From the NCBI GenBank assembly GCA_003558105.1, contig PWMS01000096.1, forward strand, positions 1,083-65,082: a DNA stretch of 64,000 bases. The letters run 5' to 3'. Positions 45,931 to 54,880 of this stretch are shown in pieces. A program made the position numbers and the translations under genes. The number at the start of each line of letters is the position of its first letter. The stretch's first letter is position 1. The DNA comes from Mollicutes bacterium (lineage in GTDB: Bacteria > Bacillota_I > Bacilli_A > Izemoplasmatales > Izemoplasmataceae). A model generated the notes under the pieces. That model ran no database searches, was not told the DNA's origin, and saw only the letters and a list, made by a program, of their open reading frames with translations.

Positions 45931-46923
45931 TTTTTTTCGGCCTAAACCGAGTTTGTGGTTGAATTTCATCACTTTTTTACGGGCAATTTTCTCCGCTTCT
46001 ATACGCCCTTTTTCTAAGATGTCATCGAGTTTATCAGATTTTATCAGTTCTTGATAACGCTCTTTGATGGGACGCAAATGGTCAATAACGAGTGTCGCAA
46101 GGTCTTCTTTAAAGGTTTGATAGGTCTTGTCTTGATACGCCGCTTCAATCGCCGCAAGGCTTTCATTCTTCACAGCCCCCATCAGCGTCATCAGGTTGGC
46201 TAGTCCGGGCTTATTGACCTTGTCGTAATAGATCTTACCCTCACTATCGGTCACCGCCGACATGATGCGTTTACGGATGATGTTATCATCATCGAGAAGT
46301 TCAATTCTCGATTTGACGTTGGCGTCAGATTTACTCATTTTCACAGTCGGATCGGCCAACGACATAATCCGTGCCCCGACTTTTGGAATCAACGGTTTGG
46401 GCACTTTAAAGAAATCTTCAAAGCGATGGTTGATTCTTTGCGCGATATCTCTTGTTAGTTCTAAGTGTTGTTTTTGATCATCGCCAACGGGAACATATTC
46501 CGCATCATAAAGCAAAATATCACCCGCCATTAAAGTGGGATAGGTAAATAATGCAGAACTTACCGATGCTTGTTTTTGCGCTTTATCTTTATATTGTGTC
46601 ATGCGTTCCAATTCGCCCATGTAGGTAAAACATTGAATTAAATAACTCATCTGTGAATGTGCAGGAATCTCCGATTGAATGAATAACGATAACCGTTCTT
46701 CCTTTAAACCACACGCTAAGTAAATCGCGGCCAACTCCTTAATCATCTTTCGCAGTTTTAAGCGGTCTTTTGGAATCGTAATCGCATGCAAATCGGCGAT
46801 GAATAGATAAAAATGATGATCCTTGTAGCTGTTTTGTAAAGCCACAAAGTTTTTAATACTGCCAAGATACGTGCCAATATTAATACTGCCTGTGGGCTGA
46901 ATGCCCGATACAATATGTTTCAT
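45928..46923 (-). CDS. trpS: Tryptophan--tRNA ligase
   Basis: MKHIVSGIQPTGSINIGTYLG (HIGH region) and KMSKS. ATG 46923 with AGGAGG is preferred to the track start 46968, which lies inside the T-box terminator. Confidence 0.95.
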   Translation of the reverse strand: MKHIVSGIQPTGSINIGTYLGSIKNFVALQNSYKDHHFYLFIADLHAITIPKDRLKLRKMIKELAAIYLACGLKEERLSLFIQSEIPAHSQMSYLIQCFTYMGELERMTQYKDKAQKQASVSSALFTYPTLMAGDILLYDAEYVPVGDDQKQHLELTRDIAQRINHRFEDFFKVPKPLIPKVGARIMSLADPTVKMSKSDANVKSRIELLDDDNIIRKRIMSAVTDSEGKIYYDKVNKPGLANLMTLMGAVKNESLAAIEAAYQDKTYQTFKEDLATLVIDHLRPIKERYQELIKSDKLDDILEKGRIEAEKIARKKVMKFNHKLGLGRKK

Positions 46924-46940
46924 AATATGTCCTCCTAAAC

Positions 46941-47145
46941 ATAAAACGCCCTTAACACGTAGACGCATTAAGGGCGAATAAATATCCGCGGTACCACCTT
47001 AGTTCTGGTAATCCAGCACTCTTGGTTTTAACGCTGCCAGCGGGTAGTATTAGTACCACTCCAAGGTCCGTCCCACTTTGTTTTGCCGGCTTTCACCATC
47101 CCGGCTTCGCTCATGATCAAAGGGGATTCCTTGTCATTGTGTTAA
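46941..47145 (-). promoter_or_regulatory. T-box riboswitch leader of trpS (Trp)
   Basis: On the minus strand: GGGATGGTGAAAGCCGG distal element, UGG triplets (CUUGGAG, CGCUGGC), T-box AAGGTGGTACCGCGG (46986-47000), and terminator CGCCCTTAA...TTAAGGGCG plus TTTTAT (46941-46976). The 5' boundary is approximate. Confidence 0.85.
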
Positions 47146-47161
47146 TCATAGTGTATATGAT

Positions 47162-48922
47162 TTATGCTTTAAGTGCAAGTTCAAGTTCATCAAGTAAGTT
47201 TTCTAAACGTTTTGCGACGGCTTCAAAAACATTCTTATCGGTTAAATCTAGTCCAGCACGCTCAACTTGTGCCATCGGGAAGTTATCGCCACCGGCTTTC
47301 AAAAGCGTCATATGTTTTTCGATGTTGCTGGGGTCTTCCTTAACCAATTCATAAAGTTTTAAACTAGCCGCAAAGCTTGTGGCGTATTGGTAGACATAAA
47401 ACGGGGCGAAGAACATGTGGGGAATATAGGCCCAAACATAAGATTTACCAGGTTCTTTTGAAATATCGATATCGTAGAAAGACAAGTAAAGGTCTTTCAT
47501 GATGTTGCTTAAGACTTCATGGGTGATGGGTTCACCTTTTTCCGCGATTTCATGCGCTTTTAATTCATAAGCGGCGAACAGGGTTTGACGGTAGAAGGTC
47601 CCCGCAATATCATCAATCGATTGTTGTAAGAGTTGTATTTTGTCTTCTTTTGTCCCCTTGTTGTTTTTGATAAAATGATCCAACAACAAATGTTCGTTAA
47701 AGGTTGAGGCGATTTCAGCTACAAAAATAGTGTAATTTTGGGTCGCCACCGGTTGGTGTTCTTTGGCGAACAAGGAATGCATGGAGTGTCCTGCTTCATG
47801 TGCCACGGTGAAGACATCACTTAAAGTATCATCGTAGTTGAGGAGAATAAAAGGATGCTCATTTAAGGCACTTGAAGAATAGGCCCCAGTGCGCTTGCCG
47901 TCTTGTTCATAAACATCAACATAGCCTTCTTTTAAGGCGTCATAGGCTTTATCTTTAAAGTCTTCTTCCAAGTGATCAATCGATTTAAAGAACATGTCCT
48001 TAGCTTCATCGTAAGAGAACTTTGAAGATGATTCCGCCAACGGCATAAAGCGATCGAAGGTGCGATGTTCATCTAAGTTCAAGTAGTCTTTGCGAATACG
48101 GTAGTATCGTTTCAACAAATCGGTACTGTTTTTAGCCACATCGATCAAATTATGATAAACAATTGGATCGATTTTATTGCCATGTAGGAAGCTTTCTAAA
48201 GAGCTGTTGTAACTGCGGCTACGCATATGGGCAATATCGGCTTGTAAAATGGTATTATATATTTCTGCAAACGTATGTTTATGTTGGTTATAATGATCGA
48301 ATACGGCTTTAAATACCAACTCTCTGTCTTCTTTATCTTGTAATTCTGCTAAATGACTTCGAAAGTTGCCTTGGGTAACACGGATGGTTTCACCGTTTTT
48401 AAGGGTAACGTCTTTCGCTTCATTATCGGCGGTACTAAGGGCACTGTGAAGTTCGCTACCTTGTGATGACAACAAGCTATAGTTGGCGAGTAACGCTTCT
48501 TTGTCCTTATCTAAAATATGCTCGCTTTGATGGAACAATTTTTCTAGTGGAAAACGGTATTCTTTCAAGCCTTCGTCTCGATCTAAAAATGCGAAAACTT
48601 TCTCTTTTCCAAGGGCTAAAATCTCCGGACGTTCAAAGGCGGTGTTTTGCGAATAAACATTTAGTAAATTCGCCATTTTTTGTACGCGAGCCGCATTGTC
48701 GACATCTTTTTTGTTGAGATCGCTTTTAAGCGATGCGTATTGATAGAGCTTATGCAATTTTACCGCAAGGTCCTTTTGTGTCTTATAGTACGTTTTAAAG
48801 GTTTCAAAATCCCCTAATTTACCTTGAAAGGAAGGCAAGGTTTCAATGGTTTTTTGCACATTGTCATACTCGCTTTTCCAAGAGTCAAGGTCTTCAAATA
48901 AATTTTTTAAATCCCAGTTCAT
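47162..48922 (-). CDS. pepF: Oligoendopeptidase F (M3B)
   Basis: 586 aa with the HEAGHSMH zinc motif. An intact paralogue of the interrupted gene at 7873..9627. Confidence 0.9.
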   Translation of the reverse strand: MNWDLKNLFEDLDSWKSEYDNVQKTIETLPSFQGKLGDFETFKTYYKTQKDLAVKLHKLYQYASLKSDLNKKDVDNAARVQKMANLLNVYSQNTAFERPEILALGKEKVFAFLDRDEGLKEYRFPLEKLFHQSEHILDKDKEALLANYSLLSSQGSELHSALSTADNEAKDVTLKNGETIRVTQGNFRSHLAELQDKEDRELVFKAVFDHYNQHKHTFAEIYNTILQADIAHMRSRSYNSSLESFLHGNKIDPIVYHNLIDVAKNSTDLLKRYYRIRKDYLNLDEHRTFDRFMPLAESSSKFSYDEAKDMFFKSIDHLEEDFKDKAYDALKEGYVDVYEQDGKRTGAYSSSALNEHPFILLNYDDTLSDVFTVAHEAGHSMHSLFAKEHQPVATQNYTIFVAEIASTFNEHLLLDHFIKNNKGTKEDKIQLLQQSIDDIAGTFYRQTLFAAYELKAHEIAEKGEPITHEVLSNIMKDLYLSFYDIDISKEPGKSYVWAYIPHMFFAPFYVYQYATSFAASLKLYELVKEDPSNIEKHMTLLKAGGDNFPMAQVERAGLDLTDKNVFEAVAKRLENLLDELELALKA

Positions 48923-49109
48923 AAATAGGCCTCCATTAATCTTGTCGTATCAGGAGTTATTATACCATATTTTCTAAATAATCCGCCACTATCGATAAAT
49001 ATTTAACACCACAAAAGCTTAGCTAAAGCCCATGAAAAAATTAAAACCCTTTCATCAAAAAAACAATAGAAACCTATTTATATTTATTCTAAACTATGTT
49101 ATGATAAAC

Positions 49110-49138
49110 TTGTCAAAAAGAAACTAGAACGTTATACT
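49110..49138 (+). promoter_or_regulatory. Promoter of spx
   Basis: TTGTCA, 17-nt spacer, TATACT. Confidence 0.55.
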
Positions 49139-49181
49139 TGTTTCGTTAAAATGAATTTATCCAAAAGGGGGTTTATATAAA

Positions 49182-49652
49182 ATGATTCAAATGTTTACAA
49201 CACCGAGTTGTTCCTCATGCCGTAAAGCCAAAAAATGGTTTGAAGAACACCGTATCAATTATCGTGAGAAAAATATATTTAATGTTAAACTAACCAAAGA
49301 CGATATCATGATGATGCTTAAAAACACCGAGGGTGGTTTCGACGATATTATCTCTACTCGATCAAAAGTTTTTCATGATCATAATCTCGATATCGAAGAA
49401 ATGACATTAAACGAGTTAACCGATTTTATCATCGAAAATCCGAGCGTTTTAAGACGGCCTATTATCGTTGAAAACAATAAAATGCAAGTAGGTTATAACG
49501 AAGATGAAATTAGAACTTTTATCCCGAGACGCTTAAGAGAAATCATTATGTGTACAACGTGTGATAAAGGTGAAGATTGTGATTATGTACATGCCCTCGA
49601 AAAATATTTTGCAGAATTGAAAGAAAAAGATTCAAAAGAAGCGTCTCGCTAG
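49182..49652 (+). CDS. spx: Spx/ArsC-family redox-sensing transcriptional regulator with a C-terminal extension
   Basis: MFTTPSCSSCRKAKKWFEEH (CxxC) and SVLRRPII. About 25 extra C-terminal residues include CTTCDKGEDCDYVH. Confidence 0.8.
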   Translation: MIQMFTTPSCSSCRKAKKWFEEHRINYREKNIFNVKLTKDDIMMMLKNTEGGFDDIISTRSKVFHDHNLDIEEMTLNELTDFIIENPSVLRRPIIVENNKMQVGYNEDEIRTFIPRRLREIIMCTTCDKGEDCDYVHALEKYFAELKEKDSKEASR

Positions 49653-49667
49653 ACGTTTCTTTTTTTA
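49637..49667 (+). terminator. Terminator after spx
   Basis: 10-bp stem AGAAGCGTCT/AGACGTTTCT (one G-U pair), 4-nt loop, T7. Confidence 0.75.
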
Positions 49668-49705
49668 TAAAACCCCTGAAAACGTTTTTAAACAGCGTGA
49701 TATTC

Positions 49706-49734
49706 TTGTATTATAGATTTTATTTAGTTATAAT
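49706..49734 (+). promoter_or_regulatory. Promoter of gap
   Basis: TTGTAT, 17-nt spacer, TATAAT. Confidence 0.6.
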
Positions 49735-49761
49735 GAATTTGAAAGAAAAAAAACGAATTAG

Positions 49762-50784
<1,023 letters not shown>

Positions 50785-50793
50785 TCGACACTT

Positions 50794-50829
50794 AAAACAT
50801 GTCCTCACAAGGGGACATGTTTTATTTTT
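50794..50829 (+). terminator. Rho-independent terminator after gap
   Basis: AAAACATGTCC...GGACATGTTTT stem followed by ATTTTT. Confidence 0.85.
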
Positions 50830-50895
50830 CGTTTGGTTTACTTTTCGGTTTTTTGATGGTATATTTAAAGATAGAAAACCAAAAAGGAGCACCCC

Positions 50896-52098
50896 ATGAA
50901 AACACGTTTTCGCCATCGTGTCACATTCTTTTTATTTCGCCCTTTTTTCAAACTTTTTTTCATCGTAAAATACAATGTGAAATTCATCACATTTAAACCA
51001 AAAAAAGGGACAAAACCCCCCTATTTAATTTTAGGAAATCATGCCTTGGCAATGGACCCTATCCTCTTAACATGCAATTTTAAGATGCCGATCCATTTTG
51101 TTGCTTCAGACATGATTTTTTCTATTAAATACTGGTCCTTTTTTATTAGGCATTTGGCCGGCCCGATTCCGAAAACCAAATACCGCTCCGATATCGCGAC
51201 GATTCGCGATATTAGGAAGGTTGTTAAAAGCGGGGGTACCATCGGTATTTTCCCCGAAGGCAATTCAACCTTTAGCGGTCGTGCGATGCATATTCCTAAA
51301 TCCACGGCTAAATTGGTCAAACTGTTAAAGATTCCTGTGGTATTTTATCGAATTGAAGGCTCCTATCTTTCCAAACCACGATGGGCGGCTTATTCAAGAA
51401 AAGGTAAAATCACGGGTTATGTGAAAGAAGTATGGTCTTATGAAGCCTATAAAGATTTATCCATCGATGCGATTTATGATCATATCACCGCGGCTTTGGA
51501 TGTCGATCAAATAGCCCTACAAGAAGAAGCGAAAATCTCATATCAAGGTAAGCGTCTAGCTGAAGACATCGAAAGTACCTTTTATTATTGTCCCAATTGT
51601 CATCAGTTTCACACATTATTATCCAGCGATGATGAAGTCCGTTGTTTAAATTGCGACCTTCATCTGCGGTTTACCGAACAAGGCTTTTTGACCCCGTTAA
51701 ACGCACAAATTGATTATTTTTCTAAAACAACCGACTGGTATGACGCGCAATGTGAAAAACTGCAAAGTTACCTTCAAAACAAAGCCTATCCCAAAGCCTT
51801 ACCTATCTTTCAAGACAACCATGAGCATGTCTATGAAAACATCCCCAATAAACGAAAGAAACGATTGGGTCAAGCAACCTTAGAACTATATGAAAACACG
51901 CTTAAAATCCATTTCAATCATCAAGACCCCACCATTTGGCCTTTGAAGGATCTAAATGTGGCTGTCCAACAAAAAAATAAGTTGATCGTCCATAACCACA
52001 CCTTGAAAAAGACCTATTACTTTATCTCACATCCAAAAAGAAATGCGATTAAATATGAACTCGCGGTCAAGTATTTGACACAAAAGGAGGCTACATAA
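50896..52098 (+). CDS. PlsC-family (lysophospholipid) acyltransferase with a C-terminal Zn-ribbon-containing domain
   Basis: HxxxxD motif (GNHALAMDP) and FPEGNST. The C-terminal 200 aa or so contains CPNCH...x17...CLNCD. AAGGAG RBS. Confidence 0.7.
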   Translation: MKTRFRHRVTFFLFRPFFKLFFIVKYNVKFITFKPKKGTKPPYLILGNHALAMDPILLTCNFKMPIHFVASDMIFSIKYWSFFIRHLAGPIPKTKYRSDIATIRDIRKVVKSGGTIGIFPEGNSTFSGRAMHIPKSTAKLVKLLKIPVVFYRIEGSYLSKPRWAAYSRKGKITGYVKEVWSYEAYKDLSIDAIYDHITAALDVDQIALQEEAKISYQGKRLAEDIESTFYYCPNCHQFHTLLSSDDEVRCLNCDLHLRFTEQGFLTPLNAQIDYFSKTTDWYDAQCEKLQSYLQNKAYPKALPIFQDNHEHVYENIPNKRKKRLGQATLELYENTLKIHFNHQDPTIWPLKDLNVAVQQKNKLIVHNHTLKKTYYFISHPKRNAIKYELAVKYLTQKEAT

Positions 52099-52099
52099 T

Positions 52100-53512
52100 A
52101 TGGACTATTCACAACTCTCAGTATGGGAAGGGGTTTTGCATTTTGGCGTTTTAAGCATCTTGCTTTTGACGGCCAACACTTTACGCCGAAAAATCCCTTT
52201 TTTAAGAAAGTCGCTTTTACCTACCGCGGTCATCGCGGGGTTTATCGGACTGATCTTAAAAGAGACAATCTTTATTCGTATCGTCTCAGAAGCACGTTAT
52301 CAAGCGAGCAGTGATTTTTTAAGAATTATCATCTATCATAGCATCGCTTTAGGCTTTATCGCCTTAGGGCTTAAAATGCAGAAAAAAGTTGTCGATGAGA
52401 AAGTCAAGACGCGTAGTCTTTTTAGTGGTCTTTTGATTGTATCGACTTATATGCTGCAAGGCATTGTAGGTATAAGCTTAACACTCGCGATGACATATAC
52501 CTTGTTCCCGCAATTGTTTAGCGGTGCGGGAATGCTTTTACCGATGGGTTTTGGACAAGGTCCAGGCCAAGCGTCTAATATCGGTTCACTTTATGAAAAC
52601 ACCTACGGTTTTATCGGTGGGTCCACCTTTGGCCTCGCGATTGCGTCCTTCGGATTTATTTGGGCCAGCACGGTCGGTGTGATATATTTTAATTACTTGT
52701 ACAAAAAAGATCGCTTACCCAAGCGTATCACTGAACACCGGCATTTAACCTCGCCCCAAGAGATCGATACGCCCGATGAAATTCCTGTGGCTGAGGCGAT
52801 CGATAAATTTACCATCCAAATTGCGCTTGTTTTCATGGTGTATATGTTTACCTTTGGGTTTATTTATGGTGCTGCGCGTCTTTTAGATACCGGGGTGCTT
52901 GGGAACTTTGGTTTTGAGACCATCAAACCGTTGATTATCGGATTTAACTTTATCTTCGGGATGCTTTTTGCTTTGGTCTTCAAACGTATTTTTATCGGTC
53001 TTAGAAAAATCAATTTAATGACCCGTCAGTATCCCAATAATTTTATGTTAAACCGCATTGCCGGCTTCATCTTTGATTTTATGATTGTCGCAGCGATTAC
53101 GGCGATTAGAATTGAAGATTTGCGTCAACTGTGGATTCCGTTTTTCATCTTGGTCTTCGCGGTTGGTATCGTTACACTTCTTTATATCAAATGGATTGTC
53201 AAACGCATCTATCCAAAATACGCTATTCCCGCAACCATGGGCATGTTTGGCATGCTTACCGGAACGGTTTCAACTGGCGTGGTCTTGATTCGCGAGGTTG
53301 ACCCTGAATTTAAAACCCCGGCGATCAACGATTTGGTACTCGGCTCAAGTACCGCTATCCTCTTTGGTTTTCCGATTTTGCTGTTGGTTGGTTTTGCCCC
53401 AATCAGCGTCTTATATAGCATCCTAAGCTTAGGTATTGTCGTGGTATTGTTTGCGATTGCCTTGAGCATTATCATGAAATTTAATCCGAAAAGCTCGAGC
53501 ACAGAAACTTAG
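52100..53512 (+). CDS. Polytopic membrane transporter, sodium/glutamate symporter (GltS/ESS)-like
   Basis: About 12 TM segments. The N-terminus (LRRKIPFLRKSLLPTAVIAGFIGL) and the glycine loops (MGFGQGPGQA, GMLTGTVSTG) resemble E. coli GltS as I recall it. The start is 1 nt after the acyltransferase stop. Confidence 0.5.
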   Translation: MDYSQLSVWEGVLHFGVLSILLLTANTLRRKIPFLRKSLLPTAVIAGFIGLILKETIFIRIVSEARYQASSDFLRIIIYHSIALGFIALGLKMQKKVVDEKVKTRSLFSGLLIVSTYMLQGIVGISLTLAMTYTLFPQLFSGAGMLLPMGFGQGPGQASNIGSLYENTYGFIGGSTFGLAIASFGFIWASTVGVIYFNYLYKKDRLPKRITEHRHLTSPQEIDTPDEIPVAEAIDKFTIQIALVFMVYMFTFGFIYGAARLLDTGVLGNFGFETIKPLIIGFNFIFGMLFALVFKRIFIGLRKINLMTRQYPNNFMLNRIAGFIFDFMIVAAITAIRIEDLRQLWIPFFILVFAVGIVTLLYIKWIVKRIYPKYAIPATMGMFGMLTGTVSTGVVLIREVDPEFKTPAINDLVLGSSTAILFGFPILLLVGFAPISVLYSILSLGIVVVLFAIALSIIMKFNPKSSSTET

Positions 53513-53516
53513 AATT

Positions 53517-53525
53517 TGTTATAAT
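53517..53525 (+). promoter_or_regulatory. Extended -10 element (TGTTATAAT) upstream of the Xaa-Pro aminopeptidase gene
   Basis: 20 nt before ATG 53545. Confidence 0.45.
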
Positions 53526-53544
53526 ATTTAATGAGGTGAAAAAT

Positions 53545-54810
53545 ATGAAAGAACATGTTAGAAAAGCCAGGAAGAAATTGCTTGAAAAAATGGATAAACA
53601 TGCGGTCGCTTTAATATATGCTGGGAAAGCGCCCCATAAATCATTGGATCAAAACTACGATTACACCCCGCAAAGAAACTTCTTTTATCTGACCAATATC
53701 AGCGAACCCAATATGATTTTGATGCTATTAAAAGGCGAAAAAACCAACAAAGAATTTTTGTTCATCGAAGAAAACACCGATCATAAAATCAAATGGGAAG
53801 GCGCTTCAATGGAAAAAGAAGACGCCTCAAAACGCGCCGGTATTGATGAGGATGCGATTTTTCCTTTGTCAAAATTTGATGCGACCTTTAACCAAGTGAT
53901 GAACTATGCCAGAAGTATCTTAGGCCGCCCGGCTAAGATTTTATATTTGGATTTATACCATCCAAGTGTTCAGAAAAAACCCCAAAGCTTGATTCATGCA
54001 AAAACCATTTTAGCGCATTATCCTGAACTCCAAGTCCAATCGCTGAACGAACATCTAGCGTATCTAAGAATGTTTAAAAGCGCCGCAGAAATCAAACAGA
54101 TTCAAACCGCCATCGACCATACTGCCAAAGGTTTAAACACTATTTTAAAAAATTTAAAGAAACGGACCCACGAATATCAATTGCAAGCGGATTTCCTTCA
54201 TGAAATCACCTTATCCGGTAGTGAAGGCCATGCGTTTGATACGATTGCGGCAAGTGGCAAAAACGCGACAATCTTACATTATACCGCCAATCGCGACACC
54301 TTGAATCAAGATGATTTAATTCTATTTGACCTCGGGGCTTTGCATGAGAATTATGCCGCCGACATCTCGCGGACATATCCTTTAAGTGGTGTTTTCCAAG
54401 GGCGTCAAAAAGAGATATATGAAGCGGTATTAAGCGTCAATAAAGCCACCATTGAAATGATTAAACCAGGTGTAACATGGAAAGAATTGAACGATTTTTC
54501 TAAAGAAATGCTCGCGAAAAAAGCCAAAGCCCTCAACATTATCAATGATGAAAGTCAAATCACCGAGGTATATTATCATAGCATTGGCCACTTTATGGGG
54601 CTTGATGTCCATGATGTCGGTCTTTATGATATGCCCTTAAAAGAAGGCATGGTCTTAACCATTGAACCTGGTCTTTATGTTAAGGATGAACAAATCGGCG
54701 TGCGCATTGAAGACGATATCTTAGTTACCAAAAATGGCTATAAAAATTTATCCAAAGCGATTCCAAAAGAAACAAAAGATATCGAAGCAATACTGAAAGG
54801 GTCTGAATAG
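53545..54810 (+). CDS. Xaa-Pro aminopeptidase (M24B)
   Basis: DLGALHENYAADISRT, HSIGHFMGLDVHD, IEPGLY, RIEDDILVT metal-ligand motifs. ATG 53545 follows GAGGTG. Confidence 0.85.
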   Translation: MKEHVRKARKKLLEKMDKHAVALIYAGKAPHKSLDQNYDYTPQRNFFYLTNISEPNMILMLLKGEKTNKEFLFIEENTDHKIKWEGASMEKEDASKRAGIDEDAIFPLSKFDATFNQVMNYARSILGRPAKILYLDLYHPSVQKKPQSLIHAKTILAHYPELQVQSLNEHLAYLRMFKSAAEIKQIQTAIDHTAKGLNTILKNLKKRTHEYQLQADFLHEITLSGSEGHAFDTIAASGKNATILHYTANRDTLNQDDLILFDLGALHENYAADISRTYPLSGVFQGRQKEIYEAVLSVNKATIEMIKPGVTWKELNDFSKEMLAKKAKALNIINDESQITEVYYHSIGHFMGLDVHDVGLYDMPLKEGMVLTIEPGLYVKDEQIGVRIEDDILVTKNGYKNLSKAIPKETKDIEAILKGSE

Positions 54811-54821
54811 GACCCTTTTTT
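54796..54821 (+). terminator. Terminator after the Xaa-Pro aminopeptidase gene
   Basis: GGGTC-TGAATAG-GACCC followed by T6. The loop contains the stop codon. Confidence 0.8.
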
Positions 54822-54853
54822 CTACAAACTTTCAAAACATTCGCATGCGATGA

Positions 54854-54862
54854 TGCTATAAT
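54854..54862 (+). promoter_or_regulatory. Extended -10 element (TGCTATAAT) upstream of recD2
   Basis: 19 nt before ATG 54881, after the aminopeptidase terminator. Confidence 0.5.
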
Positions 54863-54880
54863 AAACATTGAGGTGTCGTT

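Noticed and set aside
49032-49127. 31-codon ORF (MKKLKPFHQKNNRNLFIFILNYVMINLSKRN) in the 259-bp pepF/spx intergenic region.
   Set aside because: It has no RBS, and it runs through the predicted spx -35 hexamer and spacer. Its composition is simply that of the AT-rich intergenic DNA, and nothing supports expression.
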